The position numbers and the translations under genes were made by a program. This document shows, in pieces, positions 43,544-55,660 of a DNA stretch of 64,000 nt. Source of the stretch: Sphagnum compactum. Taxonomy: Eukaryota. Location of the stretch: contig OZ234493.1 in NCBI GenBank assembly GCA_965153455.1, positions 3,782,001-3,846,000 of the forward strand, given 5' to 3'. Every line of letters starts with the position of its first letter. Position 1 is the stretch's first letter. The notes beneath the pieces are model-generated. The model ran no database searches. It was not told where the DNA came from and saw only the letters and a program-made list of their open reading frames with translations.

Positions 43544-43847
43544 AGGAGAAGGAGAAGGAGAAGGAGAAGAACCCCTTGCTCGGTGGTCAATGGAAGGAGA
43601 AGGAGAAGGTCCCTTTGTTCGGTGGTCAATGGAAGGAGAAGGAGAAGGTCCCTTTGCTCGGTGGTCAATGGAAGGAGAAGGAGAAGGTCCCTTTGTTCGG
43701 TGGTCAATGGAAGGAGAAGGAGAAGGTCCCTTTGCTCGGTGGTCAATGGAAGGAGAAGGAGAAGGTCCCTTTGCTCGGTGGTCAATGGAAGGAGAAGGAG
43801 AAGGTCCCTTTGCTCGGTGGTCAATGGAAGGAGAAGGTTCCTTTGCA
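43544..43847. repeat. Tandem repeat, 39 bp x7, within the solo LTR
   Basis: GGTGGTCAATGGAAGGAGAAGGAGAAGGTCCCTTTG(C/T)TC at 43582, 43621, 43660, 43699, 43738, 43777, 43816. Confidence 0.95.
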
Positions 43848-44064
43848 CTTACTCCCACTTCCCCCCAAGCAAACTTACTTAAACCCTCACTTTTTATCTT
43901 TTGACACAAAGGTTTTACCTTACCATGGTCCTAGGCCATTCTTTACCCACTCCCTTCCTTTCCTTGCGTATAAATTACGATCACATAACTTGATGTCACA
44001 AATCCCCTCCACCTTCATTGCAATTTGATTTTTGTTGAAGATCTTTCCTCTCTTCCTTGCAAGC

Positions 44065-44487
44065 ATGGCGTCGCGCACAGTCACCTCCTACGGGCCCCAA
44101 GCCGCACAAGTGAACGAGGAACCGCCTTCGGAATTGTCTTTAGATTTGACTCTAACGCAGCATCCCCGTGATGAAGAACTCGAACCTCGAGAGGTGCGCG
44201 CTCGTCTCGAAGTTGAACCCCCTCAAGCCTGGTATTATCGCATTTCGCCAAACTCCCGCACCCTGGTGATCTTGTTACAAGTCGATCCTGCTTCCGGTGA
44301 CGAACCCGAAACCGTTTGTGAAGGTTGTTATGAAACCGAAGACACTTCTATCTTTGCTTGGTCTTCAGTTCCCGGCGTTGGACACTATCGTTGGTTGCGC
44401 GGTCCGATTCGTCGCCTACCTCCTAACTGCAAGGCGGACTATCTAGTTCGTACTATTCGACGCATCCTAGACTTCCTACAGCTATGA
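44065..44487 (+). CDS. Intact 140-aa ORF of unknown function carried by the solo LTR
   Basis: ATG in good context (AGCATGGCG); uninterrupted, CpG-rich, protein-like composition; TATAAAT at ~43969 and AATAAA at ~44552. No family recognised. Confidence 0.55.
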   Translation: MASRTVTSYGPQAAQVNEEPPSELSLDLTLTQHPRDEELEPREVRARLEVEPPQAWYYRISPNSRTLVILLQVDPASGDEPETVCEGCYETEDTSIFAWSSVPGVGHYRWLRGPIRRLPPNCKADYLVRTIRRILDFLQL

Positions 44488-45073
44488 ACCATGGCATAGG
44501 CCAGGACTTAACATGTACCCATAGCTCCTTGTCGAGCTTACTCATAATCTAAATAAACGTTTCAGTCCTTATGAGACTCCTATTATCATTGGCACACTAC
44601 CACATCATCTATTAAACCATTAAGCTGATTCGAATTAATCCTTCGTTCCTATGGCTTGAAGATTGCTCTATCTCTATTGGGCCTTTCACTAACCCCCTCC
44701 TCCTGCTTCACAGATTCCCAACATCCTTGCTGCTTGTTAAATACTGATACAAGACTAATGTTTTGTTGCACACCATGAACTCCGGTGTTTGTTTTTCCTT
44801 CCCTCAACTTCCGAGCGATTTCTCGTTCCTTCTTACGCTACTAAGGTTCTAAAACTATAGTTTACCAACTTTTTGCTGAAGAAAAGGACTAACCCAACCA
44901 ATATCGCATTTCGGAAAACAAAACAACCCCCCCACACCCTGTGCGCATTCCTCTACCCTTATTATAACACAAAGTTGTTAAACCCCCCTAAAAACCTCAC
45001 CACACTCGAATATTCCTAACACAATTCTTAAACATTGAGACTATTAGCCATGGCCATGTCGGTATGGCTCACA

Positions 45074-45300
45074 ACCACTGCTCGAGCCTGCACAGTAGTG
45101 TAATCTACAGCTTGTTGGGATTAACCTGGATCGCAATCGCTTGTTTGGTTAACCCTCGTGTTTTTTCTAACCCACCCATGGATATCAAAATGTGATATGG
45201 ACATGGGTCAAGATCAACATTAGTTAATCCAAGACCATCAACAACAACTTTGCCCAACATCAATGGTTGAACACCATAATCAAACAACACCCTAAAGGGT
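45074..45300 (-). pseudogene. Aspartic protease, N-terminal part (C-terminal part at ~42300-42457)
   Basis: RVLFDYGVQPLMLGK (decayed D-S/T-G-A site) ... YDVLIG. Confidence 0.75.
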
Positions 45301-46019
45301 TTATACTATCATGGTGATGCCCCCCTCAACTAAACCATTTCTTCCTCATTATGCACAACCACAACCCCATGAATAACACTTGCTCGATCAATAGTTGGTC
45401 ATGAAGGAAGGTCATGAAGTTTGGCCATAGCCACATGCCAAGATTTAGGTTGAACCTTGGACACCTATGTGTGGTTGGGCTTAGAAATTGGATGGGGAAC
45501 TACAAGAGGCACAAACGTGTCCTCCGACTTAATTTTTGGTGTTCCACCATTTTCACATAATGTTGCCGCCAAGCAAAGCACGATTCCTAGTTGAATACCT
45601 GAAATGGCCAATGTCTCAGTAGAAAATAGTGGCGCCTGACACACTGCTTTGGCCACCCCCATCAAACTTATGGGTGCCTTGGACCTAGGAATGGAATTAG
45701 GCACTTTCCTTGAGATTCTACTTGAAGTTGATGCCCCAATGGGATTGGGAATGGTGTTTGTTAACATAAATGATTATGGGAACTACACTTGACGTTGAGC
45801 CTCACCATGTTAAGGATCCAATCTCTCATTAGCGCCTCATGGTTTTGGCATTCACATACTAGCTCTTGTCACTGGTGCAACTATGGAAATCATCTCACTA
45901 GGATTTGGAACCATAACATGGTTTCCATCATATGTTGCCCATGACTCATGATCTTTTGACATAGGTGACATAATCTCATTTGGTGCCACTGATCCCAAAA
46001 AACCAGCTCCACAAAAGAA

Positions 46020-47400
46020 TTATTGATCCACATCTGACCCATATGATTGGTCATATTCCCTATCTTTAGCCTTCCTTGGCTTAGATGTAGTAGATTTCAC
46101 CTGGGTCGCCATGCTTGTGACTAGGGCCTCCAACCGTGCAAACTTAGCCTCCATGGTGTTGGGTTGGCTTTGAGTTAACTTAGTGGTCGGCCCTTTGTTG
46201 GCTGCACCTTTCCCCTTTTGGCCTTTCCCAGAACCTTGGCCTTTACTAGCATTCATGTTCTATGATTGGCCTTGCCGTAATTTTAGGTGAAATGTGAAAC
46301 AATGATCGGCATCATGCCCATATGCATGATAATGGGAACATGGCAAGTTAGGATTAAGGTTGGAAATTGTGGCTTGTGGTGGATTGGGACAATCCTTCTT
46401 CTTATGAGGCCCACCACATTTCCAACATTTGTCCTCTCCACCTTGTTCTACTAAATAAGATGTGAAACCACCACTTAAATCTAGTGGCACCCTTGGCCTT
46501 AGGTGGTGTAGCTTTAGTGGCCAACTTCATGATTGTTAGTGGGCTAGAAAATTCCTTGGGTTTCCCTTGTTGAACCCAAAGATAACCACTCGTTCCTCCA
46601 CCATGTTCATCTCAATCCTTTTTGACAATTGAAACACATTAGCCAAAGTGGGTTGGGAAAGTTATAATAAAATGGCATCTCGCACCCGATGCTTGAGCTC
46701 TTTGTTCAAGATTCCATACCAAAACTAGACTGCTTGGGCTTCTATGACACCTTGTGTCACCATCATTAACCTACACAATTGTGCATAGGCTTCTCGCAAA
46801 CTCTCATGGGGCTTACGTTGGAAATCTTGCAAACTCCGTAACTTCTCAGTCGTAACCCCTTGATAATTTTGCTGCAATTCACGGAAGAATTCCATAACTA
46901 GGTTAAATACGAGCAATGGACCCCATGTACTAGTGGATGCCCATGCACCACCACCCTTGGTAGTTCCACCACTTCCAATGGTTCCACTTTTAATGGTTCC
47001 ACTACTAGTGGCACTTCCACTCCCACTTGCCAAACTAATGCTAGGAGTTGCCATTGCACCACTTGGGGACATAATTCCCGTAGTGATAGAAACATAATTG
47101 GGAAACCAATATAACCACCACTCCTCAATCTAGATTTCATGGGCACGCCTGAATTCATAATTGTCATCCATAGACGGCCCTTCCAAATGTTGAAACAAAC
47201 CCTTCCATACCATGAAGGGTGTGAATAGCTGGGGATTACACATTTGCTGCATATCACACTAGCTGTTAAATTCCTGGATCAAATCATTTAGCTCAATGGT
47301 GCCAACTGCCCTTGAATATCGATGGGGCCTTTTGGCGGCTCCATACATTTCTTCCATGTCCCACAATAGTGGTGGGGTGACAAACCTTGGAGAAATATTT
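46020..47400 (-). pseudogene. Gag with zinc knuckles
   Basis: FFRELQQNYQG...LRSLQDFQRKPHESLREAYAQL (retrotransposon gag core); CWKCGGPHKKKDC and decayed CSHYHAYGHDADHC knuckles. Confidence 0.8.
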
Positions 47401-49852
47401 GTCACAGAATCTGAAGAATCTCCCCCAGGTGATGATGAAGGTGGTGTGAATGGTTTGAACTACACCTCTCGCCTAGTGAAACCACTAGTAACAGTGTCCT
47501 TGTCCTTAGAATCTTGTGTCACCTCCGTGATGAACCCTAAACCTTAACTTGGGTATCCCCCTTAAAATTCAATTACAAAAAGGTGATACACCTACGATGG
47601 CTCAAACAAGATCTACAAGGATGTTGAACCTATTGCAACTTAACCAAACCCCCATGCATAACATGAACCCAGGGTTGTTGCACCTATATGGCTAGGGCAC
47701 TTGCACCCACAAAAACATTTCATAGGGCTAACAAACTAAGGCACACTATGAACACAGGTGGTCTCCCAGTCACGACAACAAACAATGGGACATCTTGGTG
47801 ATCAAATCCAGACATATTTGCAACTATGCCTCTTAATACAACCTACACCCTAACTGAAACCTAATCAACACGTCCAAGAGAACTAAGAGTCAAGTAGGAC
47901 CTATTTAGTGATCATGATTGAGTGGTAGCCTTATCCAATGCCCGGCCATTAACCACACCAATCACAACCCCTAGGCTCACTGCGACAATAATGACACGCA
48001 TGGGAAGGCACATAAGCTTTCACCTTAAGTTTCACATTAAACAATAAGCACTAATGACCAAGTGGTCAACATGAGAGCATGTGTTCACCTCCAAGTTGTA
48101 GCTGAATGGCACACACCTTGGTAATCCCTTTACCCCTTGAAATCATATGATAATCTGACCAACATGTTAATAGGCAATAGGCACATGCCAACAAACACAA
48201 GTGGAGGTGCACAACTCATGCAACACAAATCTCCACTTTTGTGATCCCCCGCACATGAATCGCAACAAGAATTCAAATCCTCCACATTTGCTGATGGTGC
48301 GGCACTCCACCACCTAAGGTGCAAAAAATATGATTCATTAGCACAATGCTAAATCACCAAATATTTGGTACGAAAAAGTTGGCCACACATTTCGTCTCTT
48401 AGAATAAACCTTCAAAAGTGCATGTCTCCAACTGAGCTGAAAACTCCCACGTTAAAAATGTTCTTCACTAAAAACTAACTGACACAAAAAGCTTTTGATT
48501 CGACTTTTCCGTGGGTGAGAACTGAATTCCCAAAATTGAATGGCAAATAATTCCACAATTGCCAAATCAACCTTTGGCCTTCAAAACTTTTTGTCCCCAA
48601 AACTTTTACAACTTCACATGCATATAATTATCTTCTCCAAGAATTCAATGATGTAGATGGTTTGTCAATCCGACTTCGTATGCAAAAGATATGAATTTCC
48701 AAAAAAATTCAAAATGAAAATATAAATTAATTTTCTGTCCGATCTGAAAAATGGATGAAAAAAACAAAAATAAAAATGTTGGCAGGTTTGGATTGGTGCC
48801 GAACTTGTGCCCTAGGTCCAAGAATTTGGAAAAAATGAAAAACAAAAAAGGAGGTCCAGATTGGACCCCCCCCTTGACCCTTTTTATCCTAAGCCTCCCT
48901 CGAGGTACACGAGCCTCTGCTTGTGCCCAAACCTCGGAGGTTCGGAAGAAAGCTTGAGCTCCCAACAATGTGGTTGGAGCTCAGCTCTCTCCACCGCCAC
49001 CTCTACTTTTTTTTACTTTTTTTCTTCCTTCCTCTTCTTTTCCTTCTCCTTCCTTCCTTCTTCTTCTCCTTGTTTCTTCTCCTTTTCCCTATGGTTGTAT
49101 CTACGAGCTGCAACTCCTCCTCCTTTTTCATTGTTATTTGTTGGCCCTTGCTGCAACTTCAACAAAAGAGGCAATCACGGCGGGGAGCTCCTCTCCCCAC
49201 CTTTTTTTGCTCCCATGTTGCAGCCGCACCTACTCTCCCAACAACAAGATCGACCAAGGGCACCCATCGCCCCAGCTCTCCTTGCGAATTAGCATTGATG
49301 ACCAGGTAGCTAGGAGCTCAAAATATTGGCGATGGTGGTGGTGGTTCATGTCGCCATCGTCACTACTATACCTATAGGATACCAACAAAGAAAGACAAAA
49401 GGAAGGAGAGAGAAAGGGGAGTGAGAAAGAGGGGAAATAAGAAAATAAAAATGAAAAACAACAAAAGGGGGGGCCCTTTGTGATCAAGCTAGGGGCTTTC
49501 CTCTTGTGCTTTTTGAACACCTCCAAATTCTAAGGACTTGGCCCTATTTAGGTTCAACTCCCAAAGGAGTTGTACACAAAAAACAAGTACAAAAACATCA
49601 AAATCATTAAGCGATCTTTGACCATGATCCACGAACAAACGGTATTTGCAGCCTGAGCAAAATTCTTGTGAAACCAACTTGCAATATAAAAACCAAAACA
49701 AACAACACAACACTTACTCCTAACCCAAACTCTTGTGCATAACACACACACAACAAAAAACCAAAAAATAAAATCTCAGTGCTAAAACAATTACAGCCTA
49801 GTTGTAACACAAAAATAATTAGTTGGACTTTTGGTGATTCAAAAGACTAATT

Positions 49853-50123
49853 CACTTGCAATAACGCAAAAATCCAAGCCCAAAACATAGAAAACCAAAA
49901 CACTTGTATAACAAATAAAACTACAAAGTAGAAACCATGTTTTGGAATCTCAAATCACCAAAAGTGATTTGAGGTCACACAAGATGGGATTATATCCCAT
50001 AACAAATATCCCGAACCCCGTTCACACATGAACTAGTTCAAGATTAATTAATTAATTTAACTAACTTAGTTTATTTTTAATTAACTAAAACGTAACTGAA
50101 CAATTAAACTAACACACCTGACA
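49853..50123 (-). repeat. 5' terminal repeat A1 of the retroelement (~270 bp)
   Basis: Collinear with 37048-37318, mostly transition differences; begins TG on the minus strand. Confidence 0.9.
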
Positions 50124-53100
50124 GAAGGGGCAAGTTTGTGATGTTAAAATAACCAAAAATAGCCTAAAGTATAATAATTTAAAATAACCAAAGGTAAATA
50201 ACTTAAATAATCTGAAGTGGAATGGTTTTAAATAATTAATAATGTTTTAAGATAAAATAGCCTAAATAACTTAGGGTGGAATAATTAATAATAGCCACTA
50301 ATAATTTTAAAAACATAACCCAGATAACTTAAAATGGAATATAACCTATAATGACATAGGGTGGAATAATAAAAAATAACGTAGGGTGGAATAACCTAGA
50401 ATGATTAAAAAAATAATTTGAAATGATCAAAAGTAGCTAAAGGTAGATTAACTAGTAATAGTATAAGTAGATTAACTTAAAATAGCCTAAAGCACAATAG
50501 CCTATAATAACCAAAGTTGGATTAACCAATAATATCCTAAAATAGTTGGTAGAAATGAAATTTAAATTCAAGCAGAATATTTCACACTACTATAACAACA
50601 TATTTGCATTTCACATGCATATGTTCACTATTTTTGTCTTAAATCTCAACAAAATTAACACTAGCATCCATTCCAACATCAAATTCATAATTATTGCATA
50701 TAAAAAAAAATTGCACTTCAAAATACATTTTAAAAACTCCAAAAACAATATTACAATTCATTTCATCAAATCTAACATTATAGAAAATTCCCACAAAATG
50801 AACATAAAATTCACTGTAGAAGTTTGTGTTTTTTTGTAATACTAAAAACATGAATCCAAATTACAACGTGATCCCATGTTTTGTTGAAAAAAAATCCATA
50901 ACAACACTTAAAATTTGTGTTATATCAAAACAAAGTCCGTGGTTTTCTACTGGAAGTACCTCTAGCTCCTCCTACTCTTCTCTAAAACTTCTTCGTCTCA
51001 TCTTTTCCTCCTCTTCTCTTGTTCTCCAAAACTTTCCCCTTTTGAACTATCCCAAGTCACATCATCATGATCCAAACAATAAAAATTCAAAATTCAAACT
51101 AAAAAAGTTCCCTAATTAGTCCCTATCCTAACTGCCTTGTTCATCCAAAATCACATATTCATCGTACCCCCTTAACAATAGCTTAAGGTGTCAAGGACAC
51201 AAAGAACCATAAGAACAAAGGCTAAAAGAAATGTGTAAGTATAACTTTCAAATAATTAACAAAACAAGGGTATGTGATTAAAAAATAAGAACAAGAACCT
51301 AAGATGTGCAAGACAAACATGAAAACGGATCTTTAAATTATGTTGACATATGTAAACATGAACATAAAAATAACATGACAAGGTTATGGTGTAAGATTGT
51401 GCTTAAAACTAGTGTTGAATAAACTAAAGGAAATGAAAGGTCCTACTTTTATTTCTACGCCTTTGGGGATTTAGGTCAAGGAAGCTTCCAAGGAGGCTTT
51501 TATGTGTGCATCAAGTAAAGAAACTTCTTAAGAACCTTCATAACTGAAGTTCAATTAGGACTTAACTCAAAGTTGACTGGGAGTTAATTAGGAGTTAATT
51601 ACAACTTAATTGGGAGTTAACTATGAAATAATTTATACTTAATTATAAATTAACAAGAAGTTAATTAGGAGTTAAAGATGAACATTATGGATGAATTCCA
51701 TCCATTAGAAGATGGTGTCTAATGTTCGCATCCATCACATAAGGTAGAATAACCCTAAAACTTATAATAAATATGGGTGGATTAACCAAAAGTAAAATAA
51801 CCTAATATATACTTAAAATAGCCAAGGGTGGTTTAGTTGAAAATAATTTATAATAAAATAAAATAAATAACTTAAGGTGGATAACTTAAAATAATGTAAA
51901 ATAACTTAAGATTAGCCTAAAATCCTAGCCTATGGTAGCTTAGAAATAACTGAAGGTATTTTACACTAACCTAGGAATAACTTATAGTAGCTTACAGTAA
52001 TCTAGGGATAACTTAAGACTAACATAGGAACCAAACCTATAGTAAGTTCTACACATGTTAGGAAAAAAATGTGCATAATAATGTGTGGTGACAAATCATT
52101 TCATGTATTTAAATAATGATCCAATAATCAACAACTTGTTTCTTAGGCATGGAGATGAAAGGAGGTGAAAGGTTCAAACCTTCACACTTACATCTAGGTG
52201 GGTTGGGTGAAAACACATTGAGGTGGCTAAGTTTTGATGGATTATAGACCCTTTTTTAAAGTCCTTTTCTAATGTAGATGAAAATTCGCTTAAAATATGA
52301 ATATTTACATGATATTGAAATTAACAGTTTTTCCATTTCCAAGTTCAAGTCATGATGTTATAAGGCATTAAAAATGTATCCTAAAAAATAATTTTAAAAT
52401 AATTACTTTAAATGCTTAAAAAGATTTTATAGTTTATGGGATTTTGAAAAGTCCATAACATAATAAATTAAAATCACATTCCATTCATTCAATGCATATT
52501 TTATTTTTAAAACATAATTCATTCAATATTCCAAATTTTCAAACACATAAGACTAACACATTATACAATAAAAGTCCATATCCATGAATTTTGTAGGGCG
52601 TTACAAAATTTGTTGCCAACATTCAAAAGTCCATTACTTATTAAATAATTAAAATTTTGATATGTCTTTTTACATTTTTAAAATGCCAATTCTATTAACG
52701 TTACATATGTGAATCCTTTTCTTGATATTTCAATGAAAATATTAATGTTCTATATTTAAGTTTCAAAGACATAGGCAAAAAATTATAAGTATGGCACCTA
52801 AAAGGGACTGTGTACTGTGCTTTCACCCTACAAGGTTCTTGGATGTTTAGCATAATCTAGGTTCCTATCCTAACCTAGCTATGAACTAGGAAGTTAGTAT
52901 AATAAATTAACTATCAATGAATTTGACTAGTTATTAGTGAATTAATTATTAATGAACCAACTAATTATTAGTGAAGTCATTTGTCCATAACCATAAGTTG
53001 GTCCTTGTTCATTAAGGGGTTGACCACTTTCGCCTTGATAAATTTGTCAAATTTCACTCAAAATTTAGTAAAGTACAAACAAAAATGAAACACATATTGA

Positions 53101-53755
53101 TGTAATGAATCAACTAGGAGTGGGTTCACAATATCATTTGAAGTTGAAATTTGACTAGAGGTGATGGAAAATAATCATGAAAGGTTTGATAACGTCACAC
53201 AAAAGTTAAAATCACAACAAAAGTTCATGTCAAGCATGATGAAGGAGTTATTAGCCTTTATGAAATGATTAGGCCCCATTGTTTATCATGGTAGTTTATT
53301 TGATGTAGCCAAAACATATAATGATTATTCAATGGGAATGGTAAGTCAATAGGTTGCATAGAATGTGAAGAAACAATGACAATTCTTTAATAGTTACCAA
53401 TCACATAGAGGTCTATGCATTGTTTTCTTTATTTCGTTTATACATGCACAATTTTATGTGATGAATGCATTTAAACTTCATTTGTGTGGAATTTTGTAGG
53501 GGTATGGTTTAACTTCATTAGAAAAATGCAACCATAAATTAATGGCCAATCACACATCTTTGGAACAAAAGGGGGATGTGGCTATGTTTCCTCCAACTAC
53601 AAAATGTGCCATCACAAATCAAAAGGCTATTAATAAGGAGGTTGTAAAGGTGGTGATGCAAACAACTTCAAATTTGGATGTTGTTGAAAGCATGTGGTCA
53701 GCTTGGATAGGTATACACGAACACATGCACACTTGAAAATGGGGGATGATAGCAA

Positions 53756-55145
53756 CATTAGTAGAAAAAGTGTCGTTTGCAACTAGATTTTAGTCGCAAG
53801 CGGCACAACGACTAAAAATCAACATAGTAGCAAACAACAAGTTGTAGACAACCACCGGTCATAGACAACGAATGAAATATTTTTTCATAGAATACGAGTA
53901 TGGAGATTTTATACATATCTAGGGATGAGTTTTTGCAACTACACTTGTGACTATAATGCACACCAATATGTTCACATGTGGTAGCCTAAAAATGTGACAC
54001 ATGGGCATCATTTTAATTTTTCAAAATATTTTGTTAAATAATTTTTTTTTCAACCATCCGATTAAAACAACTAGATTGTGTCACATGGTGGCCTAAAATT
54101 GTGCCACGTGGCAACTTAAGATTGCATTATAATCTTTTAGGGTTAGTTTAGGGTTGCACCACTTATGATAGGCCACATGGCACCTAGGCTAGGCCTAGGT
54201 TAGGCCACCTATAGCCTAGTTAGGTGCCTAAAGTACCTAGCCTAGTTTCAGGTTAGGCCATTTACAATAGGCCATGTGGCACCTAGGTTAAGCCTAGGCC
54301 ACCTAGCCATGGGTCTACCCTAGGTAGGTAGGTAGGTCGATCTAGGTCTAAAACTTTTACAACAAAATCCTATTTTATTTCAAGTTTAACCTTTTGGGTG
54401 GAGCCTATGTGATTAGCTCCTCCCATATGGCAATTGAAAAAATTGAATGTGTTTTCCACCAAACCAACCTACTTATATATTTTGTAAACTTGAAAGGGGA
54501 GATAAACAATATGGGATAAAATTTTAGTTGCAACCTAGTCGCATAATTGCAATCTAGTTACAACTATTTTTTAACACATACTATTACATAACCTATTTAC
54601 AAAGTAGCATAAGTTCTTACTAGGTACCTATGTAGATAATATTTATTTTAAGTACATATTTAAATAGCCTATACATAATTATTTATTTTAAATACCTATT
54701 TAAATAATATATAAATCGTTATTTATAATTAAATAACCTATTAGGTAGCTAGTGGGTATGTAGGTATATATGTATGTAAGTACCTAATAATTAAGTAGGT
54801 AGGTATTTAGTAGGTAGTATATACATATAGGTATGTATGTATTATTAAATAGTCTATACGTGTAGCTACTAGGTAGCATACGTACCTTATGCAACTATAA
54901 TGTGACTACTTTGGTTGCATGTGCAATTAAACATATATACGATGTTGTAAAAAATACAAGGACATCATGAAAAATCAACCTATTGGGATGATGAAATATG
55001 TCATAGTTACAATGAGTTGGAAGGAAGACCAAAATCCATCCAAATTTGAAAAATAGTCACATTCAACCATTCATAGTCGTAGGCAACATTTAATCACACA
55101 TAGTTGCACATGGAATGGTTGCAAACAACATGATTTCTACTAGTG
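53756..55145. mobile_element. Non-autonomous CACTA element, ~1.39 kb
   Basis: Left CATTAGTAGAAAAAGTGTCGTTTGCAAC versus reverse complement of right end CACTAGTAGAAATCATGTTGTTTGCAAC; flanks CAA/TAA (one transition); TGCAACTA subterminal repeats. Confidence 0.75.
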
Positions 55146-55280
55146 TAAAAAAAATGATGATGCTAAACATTTAAACTTTGGTAACATGGATCAAAATGTG
55201 GTTGGCCCCAACAAGGTGGCTCCAAATTATTGTTAAACACATGCAATTTTGTCCCAAGCAACTTTATAACACATTAGGTA

Positions 55281-55660
55281 CGTTATCTTTTTGTTTTGGA
55301 TGTGAATGTTGTGTGATGTGCAACATTTGAAGTCTTACAAGATATCATGGAAACCACTACTCCTTCAATGAAATGTGGGAGGAAGTTTGTAAGCCCATGT
55401 CCAAATGTGTTCAAGTTTTTGGATCAATTGTGTTTTTCAAGATTTGATGTTGGTATTTGGTCATCAATGACACAACCAAATTTTAAACCCATGGTGAACC
55501 CTAGTGTGTTTTCTAAAATTAGCATGTGATTAAGGAGCTTAAGTCGAAACAATATATTGTTGGTAGATGATTATCCATACAAATGCATGGCCAATCTTCC
55601 TTGTTTTTAGATTTCCCCCCTACCATTTAATTGTGAAGTAGAGGACACATATTGGTTGGG
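55281..55660 (+). pseudogene. Decayed FCP1/NLI-interacting-factor (HAD-like phosphatase) domain
   Basis: One frame: LFVLDVNVV*...PCPNVFKFLDQLCFSRFDVGIWSSM...NNILLVDDYPYKCMANLP...SPLPF, matching LVLDxNG.L / RP....FL..CF..F.VGIWSS / N.LL.DDSPYK...NP. Confidence 0.7.

Larger units (their letters stand above)
42458..45073. mobile_element. Solo-LTR-like insertion (2616 bp) nested in the protease of the DNMT element
   Basis: TGTGAG...CTCACA termini; perfect 5-bp TSD ACCAC (42453-42457, 45074-45078). Removing it rejoins protease TTVQARAVV|THAMFYDVLIG. No internal LTR pair seen. Confidence 0.88.
36958..50123 (-). mobile_element. Decayed Ty3/Gypsy-like retrotransposon: gag-PR-DNMT-RT-RNaseH-IN-PHD, with split direct repeats
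   Basis: Domain relics are listed separately. Repeat A at 49853-50123 and 37048-37318; repeat B at 37319-37417 and 36958-37034. Boundaries are fixed by the interrupted foldback TIR. Confidence 0.9.

Noticed and set aside
43441-44028. Several overlapping repetitive ORFs (PSPSIDHRAKG etc.)
   Set aside because: Artefacts of a 39-bp (3n) tandem repeat that is open in most frames.
47550-49850. Tyrosine recombinase or extra ORF in the retroelement leader
   Set aside because: No R-H-R-Y pattern or convincing ORF by eye; the short ORFs come from CT-rich low complexity.
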